64,000 nt of DNA, taken from a virus. The translations under genes and the position numbers were made by a program. Positions within the stretch are counted from its first letter, which is position 1, and every line of letters starts with the position of its first letter. The stretch lies in IMG/VR virus record IMGVR_UViG_3300045912_000261, positions 48,534-112,533 of that record, one strand, 5' to 3'. Under the pieces are notes generated by a model. That model saw nothing but the letters and a program-made list of their open reading frames with translations. It was not told the origin of the DNA and ran no database searches. Positions 28,774 through 38,373 of the stretch are shown one piece after another.

Positions 28774-29436
28774 TTAGGACTTTGCGCCCGCTGTCTCCGC
28801 CGGCATGGGCTCGGCGATGAGCTTGTCGATCTCCGCGTTGGGAGACCATCGCGGACGCTTGGTGACGCCACCCTCCTTCGTTTCCGCCTCATCCGACTTG
28901 CCGTCGGTCGCAGGGGCTGCCGGCCCTAGGCCGCGAACCCGAGCGGAGGCCTGAATGTACTCACTGATCTCTTCCTTCTTGGCCTCGATCAGCTCGGCTG
29001 CCTTCTCCTTGAAGACGTCCATCTGAGACTTGGTCTCAGACCCATCCTCAGAGGTCTCGGCCTCGTACACCGCGTCGTACATCTCTGCGCGGATGGTCTT
29101 CTGCGAAGCAGGCCGCAGACCACTCGCTGCCAGCATGCGGTCTAGCTCTGCACGCTGATCCCGCTTGAGGTCCTCGACCTTCTGCATCTCACGAACTTCG
29201 GCAACCGCGGCCTCGCGAGCCTCAGTGAGCATCTTCTCAAGCTCCTCCCGGGTAACCGGGACGGTCTCAGAGGTCTCACCCTCAGCCTGGCTTTCAGTTG
29301 CCTCCGTGCCGGGTACAGTAACACCCTGGTTGGACAGAGCCTCAATCGTCTCTGCCTCAACCTGCGCACGGAACTGATCGAGAAGGTCTGGACGGTCCTG
29401 CATCAGGTCGTCCAGGGTCCCCTCGAACTTAGCCAT
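28774..29436 (-). CDS. Scaffold protein from nested in-frame start
   Basis: AAGGAGGAGACC-ATG (MAKFEG) just after the protease domain, as in lambda C/Nu3. Confidence 0.6.
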   Translation of the reverse strand: MAKFEGTLDDLMQDRPDLLDQFRAQVEAETIEALSNQGVTVPGTEATESQAEGETSETVPVTREELEKMLTEAREAAVAEVREMQKVEDLKRDQRAELDRMLAASGLRPASQKTIRAEMYDAVYEAETSEDGSETKSQMDVFKEKAAELIEAKKEEISEYIQASARVRGLGPAAPATDGKSDEAETKEGGVTKRPRWSPNAEIDKLIAEPMPAETAGAKS

Positions 29437-32085
29437 GGTCTCCTCCTTGTGGGATTCTGCGACTGACACAAACCCGCCTCCTGCGCCAGCCTCAGTAACG
29501 AAGTCTACCGAGCGGCCCTGGATAAAGCTTTCCACGACGCGGTAGTCCTTGCCGTCAACCCTTCCGGGCTTGGCAATAGCTCGAGCTCGAATGCTGACAC
29601 CTAGGTGGGCGTGCCCCTTCTTAGCCTTCTGGTGGAAAGCCTCGTCTACGAAGGTGACTCCACCGTAGCCCGTACCTGTGTCATCAGCCCAAGCTTCCTC
29701 GATTACGGCCGCCCAGTCATCGACACTCCTGGTGCGGCCACCTAGCTTCTTCTCCTCCTCCGGAGTGAGGTGATCCTTGTACATCTTCTTGCCCTCTGCG
29801 AGGACCTTGATGTCGCGGCGGATCACGTCGCCGGGGTAGTAGAACCGGTCTGCGGGGTTGCCCGGTCCCGGAACGATGACGCGGATGATCGCGTCAACAT
29901 CTTTACCCGAGGGAGTCTTGGGCTTTGAGGGGGCTGTTTTGGACTCGGCAATCGAGACGAGACCCTCCATGGGGACCATTTCGTCGACGGTTACCTCCGC
30001 CCCACCATCCTCAGCTACCTGTACGACATCCCCATCGGGCGGGTCTTCCGTCTCGAGCTCTTCAGAGACGGAGCCTTCGGCTTCGCCTTCGGGCGGGGCT
30101 TCGACTTGGCCTTCATCCTCTTTGGCATTAGACCCCTTTCTGCCAGCCTTACCGAGAACCTCAAGTGCGCGGCGGCGCACCTTCTTCTTCTCTTCCTCAG
30201 TGAGGTCGGACTGGTTAATCATTGCCAGCGCGAGGCGGGCGTGATTCACGTCCGGGATCGGAAACTTGTACTCCTTGGACCCATCGGGCTTCGTGCGGAC
30301 AATCACGGCCGAACGCTTCCTCTCCTCAGCTGAGAGGCGCGCGGCGTAGATCTCCACGCCTGGAGGACTAGGTGCCCGAGTTGACTGGTTGCTAGTGCTA
30401 GTGCTAGTGCTGGGTGCCCGAGTCGCCTCGGTGCCAGCCTCCTCGGGGGACTTCCTGCCTGAGGTGGCTGCATCGATACAGGCTTTTCTGGCCTCAACGA
30501 AGCTCTTACCCGCACGGATCTGCTTCTTCAGGCAGTCCCCGAAGTTGTTAACGGAGCCTGTTGCGGCCAGCTTTGCCGTCTGTTCACTAGCTGCCTCCGA
30601 CACTCTGGGGATGGGGGGCAACTTCTTACCAAGGATGCTCCTGGGGCCCCGAATGATCCTGCCGCTCTTGTCCTCCACAAGCGCCGGCATCGAACGGTTA
30701 CCGTTCTTGACGATCACCCACGTAAAGCCCTTCGGTGAACCTTGGGAACGGTCATCCTGCTCGCTGTCAACTCGGGCACCCTGTCCTTCAGGGGACTCGT
30801 CCGACGAGTCATCAGCCGAATCGGCCGAATCGGCACCGGAGTCTACCGCCCCAGGCTCCTCCACCGAGTCGTCGGTAGGATTAGGTGCCGAGTCGTCCGA
30901 CGCGCTGGGTACCTCGTCGTCAGTAGTGGAGGCTTCATCCTTGGCTGGAGTCTCTGCGGTAGCTGAGGACTCCGAGGTCTCAGCCTTCTTGTACTCGATC
31001 TCGACGCGCTCTGCTTCGCCGTTAAGGACGACCTGCCCAGCGGAGTCGACAGAGTAGAACTGGCGATAGAGTTCGGGGCCATGGGCATCGCCATGGCGAT
31101 CGAACTCAAAGATCACGTGGTCGTTAAACGTCTCGCGGATGTAGCAATACCCGCTGTTGGCGTAGAGAGGGTCGTTCTTCTTGTACTTCTCCCGCAGGGC
31201 GGCGTGAAGTCTCTCCTTGATCCTCTCCTGGGAGGCAGCCTCGGCGCTTTCGTCTCCACTACAGCCGCAACCGCCCTCCTCGGCGGCTTTCTTCAGAAGC
31301 TCGACCTGCTTTGCCATAGCTGCGGCCTCCCACGCCTCCATGTCGTCGCCGTCGGTCCCGTCGTCGTCGGGATCGTCCCAGGCGAAGCCAGGATCGGCAA
31401 TGTCGTCGTACACGGAGGGCGCATCCCTCTCCATCCCTGGATCGTAGCCCTCCTTCGTCTCCCTCTCCATCTCGGCCTCGAGGAAGTCAGAGAGCTCGTT
31501 GCAGAAGACGTCGAACCCCTCCTCGTCAGGCATCCAGCTAGGGAGCAAAATGGTATTGCCCGCCTCCAGAAGCTCCATTGCTTCCGCAGCGGACGCGGCC
31601 TTCTTGGCCTTGATCAGGGCAATGTCCCTTGCGCGGCTCTTGCGCCACGAAGTTGTGCCCAGCCACTGGTCCTTTAGCCAAGCACAGAGTCTGTTGACAT
31701 TACCACCGCCCCGAGCAACGAGGTGAGGCTTCTTGCTCAAGACTCGGACACACTTGGTAAACCGTCCGTTAGCCCACTTACCGAAGGTGCGGACGAGACG
31801 GCGAACCGGCTCCTGCCGAGCCTCGGGGTCCTTCCCGCCCATCGAGCCCGAACGGATCTTCTCGGCAACCTCGGCGTCAGTGAGCCCAAACTGCCTTCCT
31901 AGAGCTTTGGCAACTGCCTCAGCGAGCTCCTCAGAGGTGGTCCCCGGACGAACGTTGATGCCGGAAACCGTACGAGGACTATTCGGCGTCCAGAGGGGGT
32001 CACCGTTGGAACCTACAAACACGTTGTAGGTCGATGAGCCAGTGGTGTTTCCGGCGCTGCCGGAAGTGCTCTGGTCGTCTGCCAT
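28774..32085 (-). CDS. Prohead protease/scaffold fusion with long multi-module N-terminus
   Basis: YYP...MYKDH...RSVDD...GVSIRA...SVDFVTEAGAGG protease motifs, then coiled-coil scaffold. Confidence 0.8.
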   Translation of the reverse strand: MADDQSTSGSAGNTTGSSTYNVFVGSNGDPLWTPNSPRTVSGINVRPGTTSEELAEAVAKALGRQFGLTDAEVAEKIRSGSMGGKDPEARQEPVRRLVRTFGKWANGRFTKCVRVLSKKPHLVARGGGNVNRLCAWLKDQWLGTTSWRKSRARDIALIKAKKAASAAEAMELLEAGNTILLPSWMPDEEGFDVFCNELSDFLEAEMERETKEGYDPGMERDAPSVYDDIADPGFAWDDPDDDGTDGDDMEAWEAAAMAKQVELLKKAAEEGGCGCSGDESAEAASQERIKERLHAALREKYKKNDPLYANSGYCYIRETFNDHVIFEFDRHGDAHGPELYRQFYSVDSAGQVVLNGEAERVEIEYKKAETSESSATAETPAKDEASTTDDEVPSASDDSAPNPTDDSVEEPGAVDSGADSADSADDSSDESPEGQGARVDSEQDDRSQGSPKGFTWVIVKNGNRSMPALVEDKSGRIIRGPRSILGKKLPPIPRVSEAASEQTAKLAATGSVNNFGDCLKKQIRAGKSFVEARKACIDAATSGRKSPEEAGTEATRAPSTSTSTSNQSTRAPSPPGVEIYAARLSAEERKRSAVIVRTKPDGSKEYKFPIPDVNHARLALAMINQSDLTEEEKKKVRRRALEVLGKAGRKGSNAKEDEGQVEAPPEGEAEGSVSEELETEDPPDGDVVQVAEDGGAEVTVDEMVPMEGLVSIAESKTAPSKPKTPSGKDVDAIIRVIVPGPGNPADRFYYPGDVIRRDIKVLAEGKKMYKDHLTPEEEKKLGGRTRSVDDWAAVIEEAWADDTGTGYGGVTFVDEAFHQKAKKGHAHLGVSIRARAIAKPGRVDGKDYRVVESFIQGRSVDFVTEAGAGGGFVSVAESHKEETMAKFEGTLDDLMQDRPDLLDQFRAQVEAETIEALSNQGVTVPGTEATESQAEGETSETVPVTREELEKMLTEAREAAVAEVREMQKVEDLKRDQRAELDRMLAASGLRPASQKTIRAEMYDAVYEAETSEDGSETKSQMDVFKEKAAELIEAKKEEISEYIQASARVRGLGPAAPATDGKSDEAETKEGGVTKRPRWSPNAEIDKLIAEPMPAETAGAKS

Positions 32086-32107
32086 AAACTCTGTGGTCCT
32101 ATCTCTT

Positions 32108-32146
32108 ATTTTAGCTGGCGGCCCACGAGGAAATCACGATCATTTT
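32108..32146 (-). promoter_or_regulatory. Putative late promoter (capsid operon)
   Basis: AAAATGATC-GTGATT-N18-TAAAAT upstream of the protease; the 13-mer AAAATGATCGTGA is shared with the terS promoter. Confidence 0.7.
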
Positions 32147-32165
32147 GGTCTATTTTAGTATGGGG

Positions 32166-32462
32166 CTAAGAGAAGAAGGCATCCCCGAGAGGGAAACCCG
32201 CAGCTACCTCCGGAGGGGTGTACCCCTCGACCCCTGTAACCTCATCCAGGGTGTGGACCATCAGAGCCAGAAAGCCTTCCTCGGAGGTGTAGAAACCCTC
32301 CATGATCTCGGGGCCTCCTGGGTAGGGAACCAGACCGTAGCCCTCAGGGAGCACAGCTAAAGCTAGGTCAGCAGCCCCTCTTACTTCCGGGTGCATATCA
32401 GGCATACCATTCCTGAAGTGGACCCTCACGAACTTGCCTTCCAGTACTCCTTCAATGGTCAC
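32166..32462 (-). CDS. Small hypothetical protein, possible partner/inhibitor of upstream peptidase
   Basis: GTGA overlap with stop of the 1697-aa gene. Confidence 0.5.
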   Translation of the reverse strand: MTIEGVLEGKFVRVHFRNGMPDMHPEVRGAADLALAVLPEGYGLVPYPGGPEIMEGFYTSEEGFLALMVHTLDEVTGVEGYTPPEVAAGFPLGDAFFS

Positions 32463-35400
32463 TCCAACCCTCCAAGTAGGCCCATTGCTAGATGCCAAAC
32501 TTCCTGCCAGTCAGCCCGCAAGTGAATCCATCCTACGGAAGGTCTCCAGTGAGTGAAGAGCGACTCGATTGCGACCGTAGCAACCTCCATGCCTCTGGGA
32601 CGCCCCACCCCGGGATTCGCTGGAGGCCAGTAGGCAACCTGCATGTAGTCTTCTGGTAGGACCTGGTTGGACGCCGGGACCCTCCATCCGAGTAGGGACT
32701 GCATCCAGCCTGATAAACTGTCGGCCTGAGGGGCATTAGCCCAGCTGTCCCCGCGCTTGCGTAGAAGCCACTCCCCCTGCAGAGGAAGCAACCCTGGGTG
32801 GACTTCTTCCATGAGGTGAACAAACTCGTGAAGTAGAGTACCCGGCCGAGCGTTCAGGGGGACGACGATCGAATGGGACCTTCCTCGGAAAGGATTCCCT
32901 ATAGCCCCCTTGGAGTAGAACCACCCAGCACCCTTGATGCCTGGCAGCTCTAGCACCACAACATTCTCTCCGGAGTCGTTCAATCTTCTGAGCCAACTCT
33001 TGGGGAGAATGGAAATCTCCCTCAATAGGCGCTGCTGGCCTCTTTCAGCTCCTCTGGCAATATCTACGTCCGTAAGCCCCACATAGCCCCGTAGTTCTGC
33101 GAGCCCCGGATTGTTTCTGATCCAGGGGCCAAAGTGTGCCACTACATCAGCCGTGGGTACGAACGCGTTCAGCCCCTCCTCCGGCAGCCCCAGATCCCTG
33201 TGCTCTTCCAACACTCGCTTTACAGCCTTGTTCTCAATTGTCTTAAGGGCCTCGCGAGCCTTCTTCTCGTCTAGCTTCTGCCTCGCCTTCAATACGGGAT
33301 CCTTAGGGATGCCCTCCGTATCAAGCTTCCTTACCCTCGAGTAGAGCTCCTGGATAGTACCCCACTCAGGAGTACGCCTAAGGGCCATCTCGTAAGCCTG
33401 CCCAACACGTTGTGCTTGCTCTGGAGTACGAATTCCCCTAGCCCGAAGTTGGCTAATGTGGTCCTTCAACTCGCTTGGACTAAGCCTCTCTAGAATCTCC
33501 CACTCACGGTCAGGGTCGTACTGGTAGTCGCTCGGCTCCGGATCGAGAACAGGAGATTCTTCAGGAGGCCTCGGAGAGATGTCCCCTACAGGTGTGAGTG
33601 GAGGCCTAGGGCTTGTAGGACCCGGAGCAGGGTCTGGCGGAGGGGGTTCGACTTCACCCCGGGAGCGAAGCTCAGCATTGACGTCGGCTAGATCGGACTC
33701 AACCCGCTGCCTACCTTCAGGCGTTAGCCTTCTATTCTGGTCGTCCCTCTCTAGAGTACGTCTGAGGTTGTCCCTAATCCTGCGGAGGGACGAAGTGGCA
33801 GCTCGGGCGTACTTGCCTGTTGGTGCAGGAAGTTCGGGCTCGGGAGCCTGCGGAGGCCTAGCCGGAGCCTGTGGTGTAATCGGAGGAGGCGTCTCATCAG
33901 TCCTAGGGGCAGTCTCTGGCGTCCCCGGAGGCTTTGGACCCTGCCGGCGAGTAAGCTCATCCTGGATGCGAGCGATGGTTTCTTCGTTACGATTTCTCTC
34001 AGGCGACCCGGGGCGCTGCCTCGACGCCAGCCTCTGGCGAAAGGCTAGCATTCTACGTAAGGTTGCGTCCGGCTGATCCTCCACCCTGAATGGGGTCCGC
34101 TGAGGGCCCGGCTCCTCCGGCTCAGGTAGCTCAGGTGTGAACTCTGGTGGAGGGGGAGCTTCGGGGCCAGGATCCCGATCGATAATGTCAGGGCCCGGAG
34201 CGCCAGGAGGCGTAGACGTCCTTTGAGGAACGATGGGAGGCGCTTCCCTCTCCCGGGCTAGATGCTGCCTAACGTCCCACGTACTCTTGTTGGACTTGTC
34301 AGCTACCCTCTTAGCGTGAGCTGCCCCTCCGAAAGCTGCAGCGCGCTGTTGGGCAACATTCCCACCAGGGCGTCCGAAGAGGATGAGAGAGTCCCCTTCC
34401 TGAACTGCCTTAGTGTACGCAGTCGTTCCCCTACGGGCGTCTTCCGACAAACTCTTCCACTGGGGGTGCAACAAAGCTGAGCGGTTCCAGGCTGCCTTGT
34501 CGGCCCCCGTACCCTCCTCGGGATCGAAATCAACCTCAATCCACCTCAAGCGGTCGGCCCACTGGGATCGGGAACCTAGAACTCGCGTAAGGTACCGAAT
34601 AGCACTCTGCCGCTGCTGGGGGTTCTGCACGTGGATCTCAGCGCGTCCGTCACCGGCTAGGACGCCGATTACGAACTCCATGTCACCCGTGGTGCCTCCA
34701 GTAACAGCCGTCTTACCCCGCTGGGCTAGCCAATAGCCCACTTTACGGGCGTAGAGCCTGTCCTCAGTAGAGAGCCGCCGGGTTGCAATCAGGGAAACCT
34801 TCTCGGAGGCAGCCGGGACGGCGTCTTCAGGGATGTCAGGCCCACCGATGCGGGCGATTTGATCCCTGACCTGAGGAACATCCGGCGTCTTAGGTGGCTC
34901 TCCTGGGGGAGCAGCAGGAGGTTCAGGACGAATCGTCCGTACGTACTGGCTCATCTCGCCCTTGAGCACCTCTCTTAGGCGAGGAACGTACTTGCGTGCG
35001 ATCTCGTTGTAGGCTTTGCGGGCCTTATTAGGGTCGTGGAAGCCCCTATTGACTCTGCCCTCACGGTTAAAGATATCTAGGGTGTCTGGGTCAAACTTTA
35101 GTTCGACAAGTACCTCACGAAGGGCTCTCTGTTCCTCCGGAGTACCTACACGACCCTGCAGGATGGCACGCAGGCGATCACGCCGAAACTGGGGGTGATT
35201 CCAGTTATCAAGATGTTCAGGACTGTCAATCCGGAGCACCCTGGGGGCCTCAATGTCAACGTTCCCTGAATCGAACTCCTGCCGGCGGGGAGTGCCTCCT
35301 AGCATCAGCATCACCCGCAGCGAGGCCTCATACGGGGGCATTCCCTCGCGGGTCATTGCGTGCATAAGTACCGCCGAGCGTGTGCGATTCTTATCTAGTA

Positions 35401-37552
35401 CAAGGTCGCGGGCATCCGGCGCAGGGGAGGTAAAGCCAACCTGATCAGCCGGTACGAAGCCCTTAAACGGGGGGTATCGGCGAGAGCGGCCGGATAGCTC
35501 CTCGAGCGTCGGTGGATCTGGTCCAGCAAGAGGCTTCTCAGACCGAGTAAGCCACCTCCGGAACTCATCTGCGTCGGTTAGATCACGCTGCATCCGGGAC
35601 AGAAGACGATCTGTACGCTCCTCAAACTCGGAGTCCGTCTCCAGCTGTCCTCTCTGGAGGTTCTCGTCATCCTCATAGAGCTTATTCCAGTCCTCATCGG
35701 CTCGAAGCAGATGACGGCCCGTGTGCGTCATTCCATGCCGGTTGCGGTCCTCGTCATGGAACTCGTAAATTTCGCCCTTAATATCCTCGACGAACTCGCT
35801 TAGGTTGGCTTTGACCTTAGCGTAGTTACGGGCAATAAGCTCCTCTGGCACGGTTCCTGACCGGAAGCGTCGTGCAGTTAGTCGAATGGCCTGCTGCTCG
35901 GAAAAGCCTTCCCAACGCTTCAAGCCCTCAATCGAGACGAACTGGGCAACGGCTGCGGACCGAGCCTTACCCGAGGCAATGGGCGCAATATCAGCCGCCT
36001 TACGAAGCTGCTCCAGACGGCGGCTCCGTAGGAGGTCGCTGATCGTGTTTGCCCGCAGGGCCACATCACGGTCAGGAAACTTGCGGAACTGTGTTTCCAA
36101 GCCCCGATGGATTGCTAGGAGCTGCGGCGTTGGCAGATCCTCGTACATGGCCCTCAAGGCCGTCGTGTCAACAGGCCCCCTACGGCGAATAACCTTTCGA
36201 GGACCTGTAGCGGGAAGCTTATCCGGTACCGGAATCAGTGGGGAAGGAGCTCTAGCGGGACGCCGGGCACTTCGGTGCTGAATCGCCCTTCGGACAGCTG
36301 CTAGTTCGGCCCTATCACGCCTCCGGTGAGCAGGTGTTAGAGCACCGGCTGCTCTGAAGATGATTGTGTCCTCGAGCCTTCGGAGGGCGGCATCGGAAAT
36401 ATCCGAAGCAGCTAGCTTGAGACCCCTACTTTCTACGTACTCCCCATACTCTTTGGTTCCGGCATAGAGGTCTTCAGGAACGGGCTCCAAAGGGAACGGA
36501 ACCTCCTGGGCCGCAGTCTGAGCCTCTCGGCCGGCCTGAGTGGCCCGACGCTCCCTGAGTTTCTCGAAGTCCTCTGAGGGAATAAGAGGCTTTTCCATCT
36601 CCCGAAGACGTTGGCGGGTACGTCCACTCTTAGCCCTCGGAGAACCCAGCCTCTCACGCTCTTTGGTGGCAATAGCCATCTGGAGCGCCTCAATCAGAAT
36701 CCGATTCCTGTTCTCTTCAACCGGATCCGTGAAAGTCTGTGCCTCGACATCCGGGTTATCGGGATCGAAGCCGAAAGCCTTGTTGAGCTCCTTACGGAGG
36801 TCATCCAGGGTAGGAGCTCTCCGAACGGTCTTGCCTCCCATTCGCTCTGTGATGGGAGACCGCAGGATCCGACGACTCTCCCGAGAGACCTCAGCATCGA
36901 ATGCTGTCGTCCCCGGCTGGAAGATGACTGGCTCTGGGGGCGGAGAAGGCTCAAAGGCCGGCTGGGCCGGTTGGCTGGGAGAACGAAGCTCCTGCCTCAG
37001 ACTACGGAGACCCCTCTGAGGCGTAGTTGCCTCCCCGGGAGGCTGGGGAACCCTGCGAGCCAGGTCTCTGGGGGTGGCAGCCTCAGGGCTAGGAGCTCCT
37101 GGAGGACTAGGTGCCCGAGTTGCTTGATGCCCTGCGGGCCTCTCCTCCACGAAGACAGGACGGCCGTTAATCCACGTCCAGAAGCCTCCTAGCTGCCGAA
37201 TCTGCTCCTGCTTACGCCTCTCGTGGTACCAGCGCCTATAGGCCGTGTCGGCGTAGTCCTGAGGCCTCGGAGGAACGAGGTCCGCGTCGGACCCCTTAAC
37301 GCCGGGGCGGCCGCGAACCTGCCCTAGCCTTCCTACACCCCCACCCCCGGAGCCCCGCCCGAGGCCTACGCTAGGTGTGAGCGCTCTACGGGTCCTACGG
37401 GCGCTGGGTGTGACGTCAGGGAGCAGAGCCCTTCTGATGGAGCCTTTAATCCGCCCTTTTAGCCGGCCAGAGAGGCCGCCGCGACGCCCCAGGGGGCGCC
37501 AGCGCTCCTCCAGGTCCGCAACATTATAGGTAGGCCTTAAAGTGTCGCTCAA
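32459..37552 (-). CDS. Polyvalent head-region protein (SLOG/DprA-like domain, C-terminal zincin metallopeptidase)
   Basis: SLIATR...G..LA..G...VTGG..GD...HP.W...GGAAHA.RVA (SLOG-like); LLHEFVH...Y...EV....E.LF (HExxH); Pro/Arg-rich linkers; between portal and protease. Confidence 0.65.
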   Translation of the reverse strand: MSDTLRPTYNVADLEERWRPLGRRGGLSGRLKGRIKGSIRRALLPDVTPSARRTRRALTPSVGLGRGSGGGGVGRLGQVRGRPGVKGSDADLVPPRPQDYADTAYRRWYHERRKQEQIRQLGGFWTWINGRPVFVEERPAGHQATRAPSPPGAPSPEAATPRDLARRVPQPPGEATTPQRGLRSLRQELRSPSQPAQPAFEPSPPPEPVIFQPGTTAFDAEVSRESRRILRSPITERMGGKTVRRAPTLDDLRKELNKAFGFDPDNPDVEAQTFTDPVEENRNRILIEALQMAIATKERERLGSPRAKSGRTRQRLREMEKPLIPSEDFEKLRERRATQAGREAQTAAQEVPFPLEPVPEDLYAGTKEYGEYVESRGLKLAASDISDAALRRLEDTIIFRAAGALTPAHRRRDRAELAAVRRAIQHRSARRPARAPSPLIPVPDKLPATGPRKVIRRRGPVDTTALRAMYEDLPTPQLLAIHRGLETQFRKFPDRDVALRANTISDLLRSRRLEQLRKAADIAPIASGKARSAAVAQFVSIEGLKRWEGFSEQQAIRLTARRFRSGTVPEELIARNYAKVKANLSEFVEDIKGEIYEFHDEDRNRHGMTHTGRHLLRADEDWNKLYEDDENLQRGQLETDSEFEERTDRLLSRMQRDLTDADEFRRWLTRSEKPLAGPDPPTLEELSGRSRRYPPFKGFVPADQVGFTSPAPDARDLVLDKNRTRSAVLMHAMTREGMPPYEASLRVMLMLGGTPRRQEFDSGNVDIEAPRVLRIDSPEHLDNWNHPQFRRDRLRAILQGRVGTPEEQRALREVLVELKFDPDTLDIFNREGRVNRGFHDPNKARKAYNEIARKYVPRLREVLKGEMSQYVRTIRPEPPAAPPGEPPKTPDVPQVRDQIARIGGPDIPEDAVPAASEKVSLIATRRLSTEDRLYARKVGYWLAQRGKTAVTGGTTGDMEFVIGVLAGDGRAEIHVQNPQQRQSAIRYLTRVLGSRSQWADRLRWIEVDFDPEEGTGADKAAWNRSALLHPQWKSLSEDARRGTTAYTKAVQEGDSLILFGRPGGNVAQQRAAAFGGAAHAKRVADKSNKSTWDVRQHLAREREAPPIVPQRTSTPPGAPGPDIIDRDPGPEAPPPPEFTPELPEPEEPGPQRTPFRVEDQPDATLRRMLAFRQRLASRQRPGSPERNRNEETIARIQDELTRRQGPKPPGTPETAPRTDETPPPITPQAPARPPQAPEPELPAPTGKYARAATSSLRRIRDNLRRTLERDDQNRRLTPEGRQRVESDLADVNAELRSRGEVEPPPPDPAPGPTSPRPPLTPVGDISPRPPEESPVLDPEPSDYQYDPDREWEILERLSPSELKDHISQLRARGIRTPEQAQRVGQAYEMALRRTPEWGTIQELYSRVRKLDTEGIPKDPVLKARQKLDEKKAREALKTIENKAVKRVLEEHRDLGLPEEGLNAFVPTADVVAHFGPWIRNNPGLAELRGYVGLTDVDIARGAERGQQRLLREISILPKSWLRRLNDSGENVVVLELPGIKGAGWFYSKGAIGNPFRGRSHSIVVPLNARPGTLLHEFVHLMEEVHPGLLPLQGEWLLRKRGDSWANAPQADSLSGWMQSLLGWRVPASNQVLPEDYMQVAYWPPANPGVGRPRGMEVATVAIESLFTHWRPSVGWIHLRADWQEVWHLAMGLLGGLE

Positions 37553-37977
37553 TCTTCATCCTGTACGTTTGCCGGGAAGTCAGCCTGCTCCTGATCCACC
37601 TTTACGGACCAATGCTCAAAGGTGATGCCATCATCCCCTGGGTACGGAACCTGGTGGACGACTCGACCGTAAGCAATATCCTCAGGGATCCCCTCGGGAA
37701 ACGCCATACAGGTACCCGGTTTACGCCAGTTGTGGAGAGCACAGTTTCGGCAAGAAACCTCAGGGGCCTCCTCCCGCATCATCCAGCTGGGAAGCTGATG
37801 CCCTTGAAAGCCTCCGTAGGGAGATGCTCCAAACTGAGGTGGGACGGCCGGCCTGACTTTCTCCTGCACCCTTCTCAGGTGAGGCTTGATAAAAGCACCG
37901 TCGCTGCGTACGTACCCTGGAACAGCCTCGATGTCAACTCGCTCACCTGGGCTCAGAGGCCTCAGAGGCTTAGCCAT
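37549..37977 (-). CDS. Conserved phage Cys/His protein
   Basis: C.NC...C.AFPEGIP.DI..G...H..PYPGDDGI.FE plus N-terminal VPGYVRSDG.FIKPH.R; start ATG 37977 with GGAGG. Confidence 0.65.
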   Translation of the reverse strand: MAKPLRPLSPGERVDIEAVPGYVRSDGAFIKPHLRRVQEKVRPAVPPQFGASPYGGFQGHQLPSWMMREEAPEVSCRNCALHNWRKPGTCMAFPEGIPEDIAYGRVVHQVPYPGDDGITFEHWSVKVDQEQADFPANVQDED

Positions 37978-38122
37978 GCGCGCCTCCCTGATCCCCCGGA
38001 ATGTCCGAACCGCGGGCATGCCCAGGGAAAAGAACAGGCCTAGGTCTCGCGGAGCGAGGGGGCCCGGGGCGGGGTGGGGGTTGGGGGGCGGGGGAGGGGG
38101 CTGGTGCCATCGTGAAAGGCAT
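37970..38122 (-). CDS. 50-aa proline-rich peptide
   Basis: TAATG coupling upstream, stop overlaps next gene; MPFTMAPAPSPAPQPPPRPGPP... Confidence 0.4.
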   Translation of the reverse strand: MPFTMAPAPSPAPQPPPRPGPPRSARPRPVLFPGHARGSDIPGDQGGAHG

Positions 38123-38373
38123 TATCGTCCTAAGATTCGCTTCTTTTGTTGATCCTTAGCACGAGCAAGACGATCGGAGGCAGTCGGCGGTTTCGAGGCA
38201 GTGATAACGAAGACTGGACGCCCGTTCTTCTGTGTCCAATACCCGCCAAGACGACGAGCCTGCTGGATCTTACGCCGCAGACCTGACTTCTTGGCGCCAA
38301 CAGCATTCGGGCCGACGAGGCGTCTGACGGGTACTTTAAGGCGGAGCGCTGGCTTACGTACGTACTTAGACAC
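38122..38373 (-). CDS. Small basic protein with WTxxNGRPVF motif
   Basis: GTG overlapping portal end; K/R-rich. Confidence 0.55.
   Translation of the reverse strand: MSKYVRKPALRLKVPVRRLVGPNAVGAKKSGLRRKIQQARRLGGYWTQKNGRPVFVITASKPPTASDRLARAKDQQKKRILGR

Noticed and set aside
38051-38100. G-run tract as G-quadruplex or phase-variable frameshift
   Set aside because: Explained by a coupled 50-aa Pro-rich ORF (37970..38122), and the next gene has its own SD; G4 potential remains but is unsupported.
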